Shown here piece after piece: positions 41,636 to 51,457 of a stretch of DNA of 64,000 nt. Every line of letters begins with the position of its first letter. Within the stretch, counting starts at the first letter, position 1. This stretch comes from Bryobacterales bacterium (GTDB lineage: Bacteria > Acidobacteriota > Terriglobia > Bryobacterales > UBA6623), in NCBI GenBank assembly GCA_965263255.1, contig CBDHHA010000008.1:807006-871005 (forward strand). The letters run 5' to 3'. The notes below the pieces were generated by a model that saw only the letters and a program-made list of their open reading frames with translations, was not told the origin of the DNA and did not search any database. Made by a program: the position numbers and the translations under genes.

Positions 41636-43791
41636 CAGGCAAATTCAAAGATTGCCTTGGACTGGGATTCGATGGGGTAAGAGCAGCTGACGGGAAGAGG
41701 GCAGCGGAGATGCGCGGCTCTTTGAGGTGGGCCGGCGCTGTTGCGGATTCCGGGCGCGATGGCGGCGACACAGTGCCGGGCCCGGTACTGCACTAGCGAG
41801 GCGCAGGTCGGCCGGCCCCGGCCTCCGCACCGGGGGCGGCAGGTTGGGGATCGAGTGGGTGCTAGCTGCCCGTCAGGACGTCGACAGCCCGCCAGCCGCA
41901 ACGGTACAGGCTCCGGGTCGTGCGCTGGATGTTCCTCGCGCCCAGCAGCCGCAGGATGCTCAGCGCCAGGTTCGTCAGGGCTGCCAGCACGCGGGGCAGC
42001 GCGCCCTTGCGCACCCGGCTGGCATCCTCGCGCCAGGTCGTGTCGCGTACGTAGTGGACGCCGTTCTCGACCGCGCCCCAGTAGCCTCGCACGAGCCGCT
42101 CGAGCCGCTCGGGCCCGGCCAGCTCCGGCGGCAGGCTGGCCACGAAGTAGGCGGTCTCGGTCCGCCGCTCGCGCCCGTCCTTCTTGAACACCACCTCGCG
42201 GTGGATCCGGAACACGTGCGTCACGCCCGGGAAGGCGAGCCATTCGGGACAGTCCGAGATGTCCTCGGAGACCTGGATCGTGCGGGTCTCGATGCGACCG
42301 TGTCCCGGGCGGAAGACGCGCGTGCCGGACTCGCTCCAGCGGTAGTCCTCGCTGACCTGCTCCAGCAGCGTCGGCTGGTTGCCCTTGAGGCTGAACACGT
42401 AGTGCATCCCGAGCTCGCCGATCAACTCCGCGGTCTCGTGCTGGGTGTGCAGCGCGTCGGCGAACACGCACAGGCCCGGCCGCTGGATCGTGCCCAGCAG
42501 CTTGCGCAGCGCCGCGGCCTCGGCATCCTCCTTCTTGCCGGTGTAGCTGATCTGCCCGATCACGCAGCGCGAGTCGATGTCGACCGCCGACATCTGCTGC
42601 ACCGGCGGCTCGTTGCGGACCGCGCCCTGCTCGTCCTGGTCGCGGTCGTAGGAGCCGCGCAGGGTCTTGCCATCGAGCGCCAGCGACTCGGCTTCGGGAA
42701 TCCATAGCGCCATCCATGCGCCCGTGATTCGCTCGATCTCCTCCTCGTCGAGCGGCTTGAGGATGTAATGCAGGGTCGAGATGCCGGGAGCGGTCACCGT
42801 GCCACTGCCCGGCATGGCCCGGAAGCCGAGCCGTCGCAGCAAATCCTCGCTGAGATCCCGGCCGAAGTCGGAGATGTCGGTCAGCGTGCTGGCGCCCGCC
42901 AGCCGCGCGGCGATCACCAGCGTCAGCACGCTCGCCAGGCTGTAGCGCTTGCCGCGCGCCTTGCGCGGGTCGGGCAGCTGCTCGAGATACTCGCGCAGCG
43001 AGACCATCTGAGCGGGGGTGAGTTGCATCCTGTGCCTCCAGGGGACCCACTCGGGCCGCGCAGCGGCGGCGGCGAGCTGACGGCGGGCGTCGGGGTGCAG
43101 GGGATAGACCAGCGCGCGCTTGGGCCGGCCGTGGGCCTGGTAGCCGATGGCCCCGCCGCGCACCCGGCCGAAGCCGCGCGTGGAGCCGACATCGATCCAG
43201 TTCGCCGCCCGGTAGCAGGTGCCGGCGAAGAGGCCGGAATCGACGAACGTCTCGGCGAGCAGCAGGTCGTGGCCATGGATCGCGAGCCAGTCGGCGCGCA
43301 GGCGGCGCAGGCTCAGGCCGAGCACGCGCGAGGCGAGGTTCGGAACGCCGGCGGCGCCCGGCAACAAGACGTAGCGCGAGTTGTTGGCGACGAGGAACAG
43401 CCGCTGGCGCCGCTGCAGGCTTGACCAGCCGATCCATTGGTCGCGGGCGGCGCAATGCAGCGCCGCGGCGTGCCAGCCGAGCAAGGCCAGCCAGCGCTCG
43501 CCGAGCACGGCGACATGGCGCAGGCGCCGGCCACACAGGTTGCGGAACCCGAGATAGTGGTGCGCCCGGACGAGTTCGTTCCAGCGCTGCTCCTCGGCCT
43601 TGCGAACGGGTCGCACCTGCACGTCGAGCAACCGGACCGGGCCCTCTTGCATCGACCGACTTATCGCATATCCGGACCCGGTTTGTCCAGTCCGGAGTCA
43701 GGCCCTCCGCCCTCCTGCTCGTAACCTCCTCTCTGCCAGTGCCTTCTCAATCCTCTCGTAGCCCCTCCCGGGCGAACTTTGAAATGCCCTG
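41636..43791 (-). mobile_element. ISAs1-family insertion sequence, complete
   Basis: Imperfect terminal IRs: CAGGCAAATTCAAAGATTGCC (41636-41656) vs revcomp CAGGGCATTTCAAAGTTCGCC (43771-43791), 16/21 match. Flanked by 9-bp direct repeat GCTCCGAAC at 41627-41635 and 43792-43800. Confidence 0.9.
41862..43652 (-). CDS. ISAs1 transposase with N-terminal DUF4338 (DruA-like) domain
   Basis: N-term HHYLG...RDQWIGWS...NNSRY...NLASRVL...LLAETFVD...GTCYRAANW...T.G; C-term LPDPR, LDGKTLRGS, ADALHTQ, LKGNQPTL, GHGRIETR, ENGVHYVRD..WRED. Confidence 0.9.
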   Translation of the reverse strand: MQEGPVRLLDVQVRPVRKAEEQRWNELVRAHHYLGFRNLCGRRLRHVAVLGERWLALLGWHAAALHCAARDQWIGWSSLQRRQRLFLVANNSRYVLLPGAAGVPNLASRVLGLSLRRLRADWLAIHGHDLLLAETFVDSGLFAGTCYRAANWIDVGSTRGFGRVRGGAIGYQAHGRPKRALVYPLHPDARRQLAAAAARPEWVPWRHRMQLTPAQMVSLREYLEQLPDPRKARGKRYSLASVLTLVIAARLAGASTLTDISDFGRDLSEDLLRRLGFRAMPGSGTVTAPGISTLHYILKPLDEEEIERITGAWMALWIPEAESLALDGKTLRGSYDRDQDEQGAVRNEPPVQQMSAVDIDSRCVIGQISYTGKKEDAEAAALRKLLGTIQRPGLCVFADALHTQHETAELIGELGMHYVFSLKGNQPTLLEQVSEDYRWSESGTRVFRPGHGRIETRTIQVSEDISDCPEWLAFPGVTHVFRIHREVVFKKDGRERRTETAYFVASLPPELAGPERLERLVRGYWGAVENGVHYVRDTTWREDASRVRKGALPRVLAALTNLALSILRLLGARNIQRTTRSLYRCGWRAVDVLTGS

Positions 43792-43852
43792 GCTCCGAAC
43801 GGGGCGCGGCCAGGCCCTGGAGGCGGGCGATAGAATGGGGCTTGCCACGGCC

Positions 43853-44851
43853 ATGAAGCCTAGGATTTTCTCCGCGATGCAGCCCACGGGAGAGCTGCAC
43901 ATCGGCAACTACCTCGGAGCCTTGCGCAACTGGGCGCAGATCCAATACGACTACCAGCCGATCTTCTGCATCGTCGACCTGCATGCCATAACCGTCCCGC
44001 AGGATCCCCGCCGGCTCCGCGAGAGCTGCGAGCAGGTTGCGGCTCTTTACCTTGCGGCGGGCCTGGATCCGAAGCACTCCGCCGTGTTCGTGCAATCCCA
44101 GGTTCCGGCCCACGTCGAGCTCGCCTGGATCTTCACCTGCACGGTGCCGTATGGCTGGCTCGGCCGGATGACGCAGTTCAAGGCAAAGATCCAGCAAGCC
44201 GAGTCCGGCCAGGATCCGGTCGGCACGGGACTGTTCGTGTACCCGGTGCTCATGGCGGCGGACATCCTGCTGTACCAGGCCAAGGTGGTCCCGGTTGGCG
44301 ACGACCAGTCCCAGCACATCGAGCTGACCCGGAACATAGCCCAGCGATTCAACAGCCTGTACGGCAAGACTTTCGTCGTTCCCGAAACCAAGCTGCCCTC
44401 GGTCGGTGCCCGCATCATGGGCCTCGATGACCCGACCAAGAAGATGAGCAAGTCGACCGACTCGCCCAATCACTCCATCAGCCTGCTCGATCCCCCGGGA
44501 CGCGTCCGCAAGATCATCGGAAGGGCGGTCACGGATTCCCAGCCGGCTGTCAACTGGGAAGCCCCGGGTGCCGGCGTCGCCAACCTGCTGACCATCTACC
44601 AGGCCTTCAGCAGCTCGACGGACGAGGAAATGGAGGCCCGGTTCGCGGGAATGCGTTACGGAGACCTGAAGAAGGAAGTGAGCGAGATGGTCAGCGCGAG
44701 ACTCGAGCCTATCCAGCAGCGTTATGCGGAACTGATGGAGGACCGCTCCTACCTGCGAGGCGTGCTTCGGGACAGCGCCGAGCGCGTGGCCCCGATCGCT
44801 GAAGCCACCGTGCGCCGGGCCAAGGAGCGGACCGGCCTGTATTCCGCCTGA
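43853..44851 (+). CDS. trpS: tryptophan--tRNA ligase
   Basis: QPTGELHIGNYLG, YPVLMAADIL, KMSKS. Confidence 0.97.
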   Translation: MKPRIFSAMQPTGELHIGNYLGALRNWAQIQYDYQPIFCIVDLHAITVPQDPRRLRESCEQVAALYLAAGLDPKHSAVFVQSQVPAHVELAWIFTCTVPYGWLGRMTQFKAKIQQAESGQDPVGTGLFVYPVLMAADILLYQAKVVPVGDDQSQHIELTRNIAQRFNSLYGKTFVVPETKLPSVGARIMGLDDPTKKMSKSTDSPNHSISLLDPPGRVRKIIGRAVTDSQPAVNWEAPGAGVANLLTIYQAFSSSTDEEMEARFAGMRYGDLKKEVSEMVSARLEPIQQRYAELMEDRSYLRGVLRDSAERVAPIAEATVRRAKERTGLYSA

Positions 44852-44861
44852 GTGCACGGCG

Positions 44862-46160
44862 TTGCTGTACCCCGTCACGCTCCGCGGCTACCTGAAGCTT
44901 CTCGGGGAGTCCACCAATTTCCGCAGGCTCTGGATCGCGCAGCTGATCAGCGGATCGGGCGACTGGTTCTACTCGGTCGCCATCTACTCGCTCCTGCTTG
45001 AACTGACGGGCCGCGCCGAGCCGGTGGCCTGGGCTGCCATCCTGCAGATCCTGCCCATGCTGCTCCTCGGGCCCACGGCCGGGGCGATCAACGACCGGAT
45101 CAGCCGGCGCAAGGTCATGCTCGCCAGCGATCTGGTGCGCGCCGGGCTCGTGCTGTGCATGCTGCTGATCGAGAGGGCGGACCAGATCTGGCTCCTGTAC
45201 CTGCTGTTGCTGCTCGAAATCGGCACGGCGGCATTCTTCGAGGCGGGACGAAACGCCATCATGCCGAGCCTCGTCCGTCGCGACGCACTGCCTGTCGCGA
45301 ATGCGATTGGCTCGACCACGTGGTCGCTCACCGTTACGATGGGCGCCGCGCTCGGCGGCGTCGCCGTCGCTTTCTTCGGCCGCAACTTCGTGTTCGTGGC
45401 GAATTCGCTCTCGTTCCTGGTCTCGGCTTGGTTCGTATCCCGCCTGTCGGTGTTCGAGCGACACCTGGCGGGAAGCCGGAAGCAGGGCTGGGCGGAAGCA
45501 CTCAGCCCGAGGCCGATTGTCGAGGGCTTCCTTTACATGGTGCGCGACTGGCGCCTGTTCAGTCTCCTGACGCTGAAGTTCGGCCTCGGAATCCTCGGTG
45601 CCCGTGTCGTCCTGACGACGATCCTCGGCAGCCGGGAATTCGCGATCGGGGGCAGCGCCTCTCTCGGCATGGCGATGCTCTTCGCCTTCCAGGGGACCGG
45701 GTCGATCCTCGGGCCGATCCTGCTCGGGCGGCGGTTCAGCCGCAGCCAGGGCACGATGCGGCTGACAGTCCTGACAGGCTACATCGCGTCAGGCTGCGGC
45801 TATATCCTGTTCAGCCAGGTGTCTCCGCTCCCGCTGGCCGGGCTTTGCCTCGTGCTCGCGCACGCGGGGGCTGCCCTGGTCTGGGTCTGTTCCACTACGC
45901 TGCTGCACCTCAACGCCGAGAATCAGTTCCTCGGAAGGGTGTTCGCCGCGGATATGGGACTCTTCATGGCGACGGCATCCGTCTCGACGTACGTGATGGG
46001 GCAGATCCTGGATGCCGGTGTCGGGGCGCGGACGGGAGCGCTCGGCCTGGGGGCAGCGATGCTGGGCCCGGCTGCGGTCTGGGCGCTCTCGCTGCGTCGC
46101 TCGTGGCGCAGCGGCGACCGGCCCGTGCCGCAAGCGTCGGCTCCCGGTCAGGGCAGGTAG
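44862..46160 (+). CDS. MFS transporter
   Basis: About 12 hydrophobic helices; NFRRLWIAQLIS..GDWF; GAINDRISRRKVM. Confidence 0.9.
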   Translation: MLYPVTLRGYLKLLGESTNFRRLWIAQLISGSGDWFYSVAIYSLLLELTGRAEPVAWAAILQILPMLLLGPTAGAINDRISRRKVMLASDLVRAGLVLCMLLIERADQIWLLYLLLLLEIGTAAFFEAGRNAIMPSLVRRDALPVANAIGSTTWSLTVTMGAALGGVAVAFFGRNFVFVANSLSFLVSAWFVSRLSVFERHLAGSRKQGWAEALSPRPIVEGFLYMVRDWRLFSLLTLKFGLGILGARVVLTTILGSREFAIGGSASLGMAMLFAFQGTGSILGPILLGRRFSRSQGTMRLTVLTGYIASGCGYILFSQVSPLPLAGLCLVLAHAGAALVWVCSTTLLHLNAENQFLGRVFAADMGLFMATASVSTYVMGQILDAGVGARTGALGLGAAMLGPAAVWALSLRRSWRSGDRPVPQASAPGQGR

Positions 46161-47137
46161 GCCCGCACGGCCACCGCCCGGTCGCCATCGACCGGGAAGC
46201 GGGCGGATTCGGCAGGGATTAGAAAAGCGTCGCCGCCAGCGAACGAGGTCGCGTTCATGGAACCCATGCCTCCCACGATGATCACCATCTGGCACCGGTG
46301 AGGGTCCGGCGTGTATAGGAAGGGACGGTCCCAGGTCATCAGTTCCGCGACGAAGTGCCGGCAACGGCCCAGCTCTTCGGTGCGGCACGGACTTTCCCGC
46401 AGATTCGTTGGATCGGCAAGCTCGGGACGCGAGGCTGTGTCGGCAGCCTGGATCCCGCGCTCGACCTGCAGCGCCCGCGGCCGCCCATCGAGGCCGTTCT
46501 GGCCGTAGTCGTACAGCCGATACGTGATGTCTGAGTTTTGCTGGATCTCGCACAGCACCACGCCGTTGCGGGCAGAGTGAACGGTTCCCGCAGGTACCAG
46601 CACGCACTGGCCTGCACGCGCGGGGACCCACCGGAGGAGTCCCTCAATGCTGCCGTCCCGCGCCGCGGATGCCAGCTGGTCCGGCGCCAGGGCCTCTGTC
46701 AGTCCCAGGCCCAGTTCCCCCCCAGGTTTGGCGCCGGCCACGTACCACAGCTCCGTCTTGCCTTGGGCCTGCTCGACGCGCTGTGCCCATTCGTCATCCG
46801 GGTGGACCTGGACTGACAGGCGCCCATCCGCGAAGATCAGCTTCCCGATCAGAGGGAAGGCGCTGGATCTCGCGGGAGCATTCACCTTGGGCATTCCCGA
46901 GCGGGCAGCGCCTCGGGGACGTCCCATGAGCCGCGGTCCGAATTCGGAGATGAGCGACGCGACAGACCGCCCTCGCAGCGGGCCTTCGGCGACTTCGCTG
47001 CCGTCGTGCAGGCACCATGCCTCGCCAAGCGGGTCCGTGAACGGCCCGATCAGCCCGGTCACCCGCTCGTGATCGCGAGTCCCCCAGACTTTCTCGCGCA
47101 GGGAGGGACGGAATCGCAGAGGTTCCAGTCGATTCAC
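46148..47137 (-). CDS. class I mannose-6-phosphate isomerase
   Basis: KVWG, GEAW, LSVQVHPDD, KTELWYV, PAGTVHS, EIQQNSDITYRLYDY; GTG overlaps the upstream stop. Confidence 0.9.
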   Translation of the reverse strand: MNRLEPLRFRPSLREKVWGTRDHERVTGLIGPFTDPLGEAWCLHDGSEVAEGPLRGRSVASLISEFGPRLMGRPRGAARSGMPKVNAPARSSAFPLIGKLIFADGRLSVQVHPDDEWAQRVEQAQGKTELWYVAGAKPGGELGLGLTEALAPDQLASAARDGSIEGLLRWVPARAGQCVLVPAGTVHSARNGVVLCEIQQNSDITYRLYDYGQNGLDGRPRALQVERGIQAADTASRPELADPTNLRESPCRTEELGRCRHFVAELMTWDRPFLYTPDPHRCQMVIIVGGMGSMNATSFAGGDAFLIPAESARFPVDGDRAVAVRAYLP

Positions 47138-48309
47138 GTCAGAGCTTCGACAAAGGCTCGGATGCGGCGGATGCCCTCTTCGAGATCCTGCATGGATGCG
47201 GCATAGGACAATCTCACATGGTCGGAAGTGCCGAAGGCCTCGCCCGGTACCAAGGCGACATGCGACTCGCTCAGCAGCCGCTTGGCGAAATCCATGGCTG
47301 AACCGATTCCGCCCTGGCCGAACGTCGAGCTGATGTTGGGGTAGGCATAGAAGGCGCCGTTCGGGCTGGCGCATGTGACCCCGGGGATATCCGCGAGTGC
47401 CGGGACCACGTACTCCCGCCGCTTCCGGTACTGTTCCAGCATCCCGTAGACCTCGTCCATTGGGCCCAGCAGGGCCGCTAGGGCCGCTTTCTGGACGACG
47501 GAGGTGGGGTTGGAAGTCGCGTGGCTCTGCAGCTTGTTGACATTGCCGATCAGGTCCGCCGGGCCCAGCAGGTAGCCCAACCGCCAGCCCGTCATCGCGA
47601 ACGTCTTCGACAAGGACCCGCAGACCACGACATTCGGTTTGGCTCCCGGCGATGCGGCTACGGAGAACGGATCCGAGCTGTAGTTGAAGTGGCTATAGCA
47701 CTCGTCGCTCAGCAGCGTGACGCCCCGGCTCGCCGTGAGCTTCAGGATTCGATCAAACTCGGCAGAGGAGACCACCGCGCCCGACGGGTTGTTCGGCGAA
47801 TTGACGATCACCACCTTCGTGCGGTCGCTCAGGGCGCCCTCGATGTCATCCGCAGTCAGCGAGAACGCGTTCGATTCCTTCGTCGCGACGCGGACCGGGA
47901 CGCCGCCGTAGTAGTTGATGACGTCGAAGAACGTGACCCAGTAGGGAACCGGGAGCAGGACCTCGTCGCCTTCGCGGACCAGCGCTGCCAGGCAGTTGAA
48001 GATCGCGTGCTTGCCGCCCACGGTGGCGATGCATTCGCGTGGCTCGTACTCGGTGCCGAATTCGCGCGCATGCCAGCCCACGATGGCCTCGCGTAGCTCG
48101 GGAATGCCGCCGGCCGGAGTGTAACGGGTGAAGTTGGCGTTGATGGCGTCTATTGCCGCCTGCTTGATGTGATCCGGTGTCGGAAAGTCGGGCTCGCCCG
48201 CGCCGAGCGCGACGACGTCGACTCCGGCCCGTTTCAGGCGGCCGGCCTCGGCGGTCACTGCCATCGTGGCAGACTCGCTGATCCGACCGACGCGTTCCGA
48301 GAACTCCAT
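47134..48309 (-). CDS. PLP-dependent aspartate aminotransferase (class I)
   Basis: GEPDFPTP, NSPNNPSG, SDECY, SLSKTFAMTGWRLG. Confidence 0.93.
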   Translation of the reverse strand: MEFSERVGRISESATMAVTAEAGRLKRAGVDVVALGAGEPDFPTPDHIKQAAIDAINANFTRYTPAGGIPELREAIVGWHAREFGTEYEPRECIATVGGKHAIFNCLAALVREGDEVLLPVPYWVTFFDVINYYGGVPVRVATKESNAFSLTADDIEGALSDRTKVVIVNSPNNPSGAVVSSAEFDRILKLTASRGVTLLSDECYSHFNYSSDPFSVAASPGAKPNVVVCGSLSKTFAMTGWRLGYLLGPADLIGNVNKLQSHATSNPTSVVQKAALAALLGPMDEVYGMLEQYRKRREYVVPALADIPGVTCASPNGAFYAYPNISSTFGQGGIGSAMDFAKRLLSESHVALVPGEAFGTSDHVRLSYAASMQDLEEGIRRIRAFVEALT

Positions 48310-48318
48310 ACCTACAGA

Positions 48319-48822
48319 CTAGCCGTTTCCGGCTGTTGCTCCCCACCTCGCGCGGAGCCGGTCGGCCACCCCCGGGGGCACGAAGTCGTCGATGTCACCC
48401 CCGTGCCGGCAGACCTCCTTCACCAGCCTCGAGCTCAGGTAGCTATACGCCTCGGACGGAAGCATGAAGACCGTTTCGATTTCCGGGGCCAGCTTGCGGT
48501 TCATCAGAGCCATCTGCAGCTCGTACTCGTAGTCGGAAACGGCGCGGATGCCGCGCAGTATAAGGCCCGCGCCCTGGCTCCTGGCGTAGTCCACCAGCAG
48601 GCCGTCGAAGCTGCCGACCCGGACGTTGTCCAGCCCGGACACTGCCTCCTGGATCATCGCGAGGCGCTCGTCAAGCGGGAACTCGGCTTGCTTGGAGTCG
48701 TGCCGCAACACGGCGACCACGAGATCCCCAAACTGTCCAGCCGCCCTCTGGATCAGGTCCAGGTGCCCCTTGGTGATCGGATCGAACGAGCCCGGGTAGA
48801 TGGCGACTCGCGGCTCGGACAC
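48319..48822 (-). CDS. coaD: phosphopantetheine adenylyltransferase
   Basis: YPGSFDPITKGH, RGIRAVSDYEYE, SSRLVKEV. Confidence 0.96.
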   Translation of the reverse strand: MSEPRVAIYPGSFDPITKGHLDLIQRAAGQFGDLVVAVLRHDSKQAEFPLDERLAMIQEAVSGLDNVRVGSFDGLLVDYARSQGAGLILRGIRAVSDYEYELQMALMNRKLAPEIETVFMLPSEAYSYLSSRLVKEVCRHGGDIDDFVPPGVADRLRARWGATAGNG

Positions 48823-48879
48823 GCAGCCCATTGTACTTGGATGCCCGCTTCGGGCCCCTGGGTTCCCGCCGAAGGTCGC

Positions 48880-49836
48880 TCAGAGATGCTCGTTGAACCA
48901 GTCGATCGCGAGCTTCTGGGCCTGCTCGCGGGCCTCGCGGTAGATTCCGTAGTGCTTGATGCCTGGCACAGTGACGAGTTTCTTCACGCCCGTCGCGGCG
49001 GCATGGGCCTTGATTGCGTGGTCACGGTTGTCGAACAGCTCCTCGTTCTCCGCAATCACGAACATCAGGGCCGCGTGGGAGGCCTGCCTCGCCAGCTCGA
49101 CGGGAGCATAGTGCATCAGCTTGTCACGGATGGGCGCGCCCCGCAGCGCCCCGACCTCGACCGAGCCGGGCTCGGGATAGGGCAGCTCGCCCCTAGCCCT
49201 CCGCGTGGCTTCATCCAGCGTCTGCGCCGTTCGCTCCTCGTCCGCAACTACGAATCGCGAATCCATTCCGCCTACTTGGCTGAAGACGGCCTTGACCCGC
49301 TTGTCATGCGCCGCGACATACAGCACGTGGCCGCCGGAATAGCTGCTGCCCCAGATGCCGATCCGCTGGCTGTCGCATGCCGGCTCTGCCTGCAGCCAGT
49401 GCATGGCGTTGAGCCAGTCCCGCGTCTGGTCGATCGGATCTACCACCTCGCGGACAGCGACCACCTCGGCCTGGATCCGGGTAGCCGCCCTGTCCGGTGC
49501 GGGCTGGGCGAGAATGACCCGTGCCTCGCTGTTTCCCCAGCCACGGTAGTCAAACGCCACGGCCAGGTAGCCGGCTCTGGCGAACGCCACCGCGTCCCGG
49601 CGCAGGCCCCGGACGGTGCCGCCCCAGCCGTGCGCCATGAGGATGCATGGAAGCTGGCGTCCGGCGTTGGATTCCAAAGAGAAGACCTCCGCGGCCATGC
49701 GCGTGCCCTCGCTGTAGATGTCGGCGGTCCGCCACTCGATCCCGTCCGGGGGGCTCCACTGCTGGGCCCCCGCAGCGCCAACGCAGAGCAGTGAGATGAA
49801 GAGGGTCGCGGTCCGGGCGGCTCGCATGGCGATCAT
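48880..49836 (-). CDS. exported alpha/beta hydrolase
   Basis: MAHGWGG, FDYRGWGNS, GSSYSGG nucleophile, C-terminal HYGIY. Confidence 0.87.
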   Translation of the reverse strand: MIAMRAARTATLFISLLCVGAAGAQQWSPPDGIEWRTADIYSEGTRMAAEVFSLESNAGRQLPCILMAHGWGGTVRGLRRDAVAFARAGYLAVAFDYRGWGNSEARVILAQPAPDRAATRIQAEVVAVREVVDPIDQTRDWLNAMHWLQAEPACDSQRIGIWGSSYSGGHVLYVAAHDKRVKAVFSQVGGMDSRFVVADEERTAQTLDEATRRARGELPYPEPGSVEVGALRGAPIRDKLMHYAPVELARQASHAALMFVIAENEELFDNRDHAIKAHAAATGVKKLVTVPGIKHYGIYREAREQAQKLAIDWFNEHL

Positions 49837-50774
49837 CGTATGGCTTGGCCGTAATGGTTGTACAGGTGCTCGGCTAGGGCCACGTCCTCGATCGCCAGCC
49901 CCTGCGACTCGAAGAGGGTCACTTGGTCCGCCCCGGTCCGCCCCTGCTGAGTTCCCGCCAGCACATCGGAGAGTTCGCAGACGTCTTCCCAGTCCAGAAC
50001 GCCTTCATCGGCAGCTTGAGTAAGGTCGCCCGCTTCCATGCGCGCCTGTTCCAGTGAGTCGACCGCGATCACGGAAGCCTTCCGAACGGTCTCGGCATCG
50101 AGTTCCCGGCGCATCACGTGATTGCTGCCGGCGGCGTTGACATGGGTGCCCGGAGGAAGCCGCTGTCCTGGGAAGACGGGCTTGCGCGCGTTGGTGACCG
50201 TCGTGACGATGTCAGCCCCTTCGAGCGCCTCTTCCGGCGAGCCTGCTGCAGCGATCTCGAGACCTAGCCTCGCGCTCATCCGCTTGGCGAAGGATTCGCG
50301 CCGTTCGGGACTCCGGCTGTACACCCGGACCAAGTCCAGTTCCCGGGCGCAGGCGACTGCTTCCAGCTGGGTCTCGGCCTGGAATCCGCTGCCGAACAGG
50401 GCGAGGCGCCGCGCGTCCTTTCTCGCGAGGTGCTGCGTGGCGACTCCGCTGGCCGCGCCAGTGCGGATCTGGCCCAGCGCGTTGGCCTCGATCGAAGCCA
50501 GCAGACGGGCGCTCTCCGAGTCGAACAGCAGGACTACGAAGTCGGGGGCGCCGATTCGCGGGTTTGACGCGTAGACCTTGATACCGACCAGGCCGCTTTC
50601 GTTGTCGCCTCCGGCCATGTAGTGAAGGAGTGTGCGCGTTTTCATCTGGACGCGTCGGCGAGGGTGGTTGACCGCGACGCCGCTTGCCATTCGGAGAACG
50701 CCCCGCTCGACCAGTGCCATAGCGTCCTGCATGTTGACGGCTTTGCGGACTTGCTCCTCGGTGATGCGGATCAT
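49833..50774 (-). CDS. ornithine cyclodeaminase / mu-crystallin family protein
   Basis: IRTGAASGVA, FGSGFQA, HVNAAGSN, FESQGLAIED; SD GAGGAGG. Confidence 0.92.
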   Translation of the reverse strand: MIRITEEQVRKAVNMQDAMALVERGVLRMASGVAVNHPRRRVQMKTRTLLHYMAGGDNESGLVGIKVYASNPRIGAPDFVVLLFDSESARLLASIEANALGQIRTGAASGVATQHLARKDARRLALFGSGFQAETQLEAVACARELDLVRVYSRSPERRESFAKRMSARLGLEIAAAGSPEEALEGADIVTTVTNARKPVFPGQRLPPGTHVNAAGSNHVMRRELDAETVRKASVIAVDSLEQARMEAGDLTQAADEGVLDWEDVCELSDVLAGTQQGRTGADQVTLFESQGLAIEDVALAEHLYNHYGQAIR

Positions 50775-51062
50775 GGTTACCTCCTCGCCCGGGCAGGTCA
50801 AGGAAACACGATCGCATACCTGCCCGAAACGCTCGACTGGCGACGAAGCGCCCGCCGCCTAGGCTCCGCGGCACGCATGATCACCCTTGATGATCGCCCT
50901 GCGGGAGGCTGAGGAGAGGAATTCCGGTGCCGTCTGGAGACTCCACTCTGCGGCACACTCGGGATGCCCCGGCATCTACGCCGCAAAGTGCGCTGCGTTC
51001 AGAATTGACGACTAGCGAGGGCCTGCTCGTGAGCCCACCATGGTCGCGCTCTCCGTCTCGCG

Positions 51063-51350
51063 TTAGCTGACGTGGACCGTCACGCACAGACGAACGTTCA
51101 GGGCAGCGATCATCCTCATTAGCCGGTCGAGCGTTAAGCGGTTGAGGTCGGCATTCCGGATGCGCGAGAAGTCCGCTGCGGCGAAGGCGGTCAAATTCGA
51201 CGCCTCGCGTACGCTTAACCCGCGCCCGTCGAGTTCCGCGATGATCCTGGCCGCGACGATGGCCTTGGCCTGCTTCAGATCGGCATCCGGGTCTCCGAGG
51301 TCGCGAAAGACATTGCCGCTCCCTTCCGCTAGTTCCAACTCGTCGCTCAT
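51063..51350 (-). CDS. XRE/HTH antitoxin (partner type of Gp49/RelE-like toxins)
   Basis: GSGNVFRDLG, AADFSRIRNADL..TLDRL. Confidence 0.82.
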   Translation of the reverse strand: MSDELELAEGSGNVFRDLGDPDADLKQAKAIVAARIIAELDGRGLSVREASNLTAFAAADFSRIRNADLNRLTLDRLMRMIAALNVRLCVTVHVS

Positions 51351-51457
51351 GGTAGAATCTCCCTCCTCATTCGCTGGAGGTGGGCGCGGAACAGATCAAT
51401 CTCGGCCCTCGGCGCCTGGACACCGGTCGTCGATTCCTTCTGACTCGTGTGAACCAC
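51347..51457 (-). pseudogene. remnant of RelE/ParE (Gp49-like) toxin
   Basis: Manual translation VVHTSQKESTTGVQAPRAEIDLFRAHLQRMRREILP* resembles the toxin C-terminus (VLHAFQKKS..TP..EIDLI..RL). ATGA overlap with the antitoxin. No intact N-terminus. Confidence 0.65.

Noticed and set aside
41593-43536. 647-aa alternative-frame ORF in the IS, and similar long ORFs such as 48169-49794 and 25898-27631
   Set aside because: Alternative-frame or antisense shadow ORFs typical of high-GC DNA, overlapping well-supported genes.
41862-43652. Complete Druantia defence system
   Set aside because: Only a DUF4338-like domain inside an IS; no DruE helicase or other dru genes.
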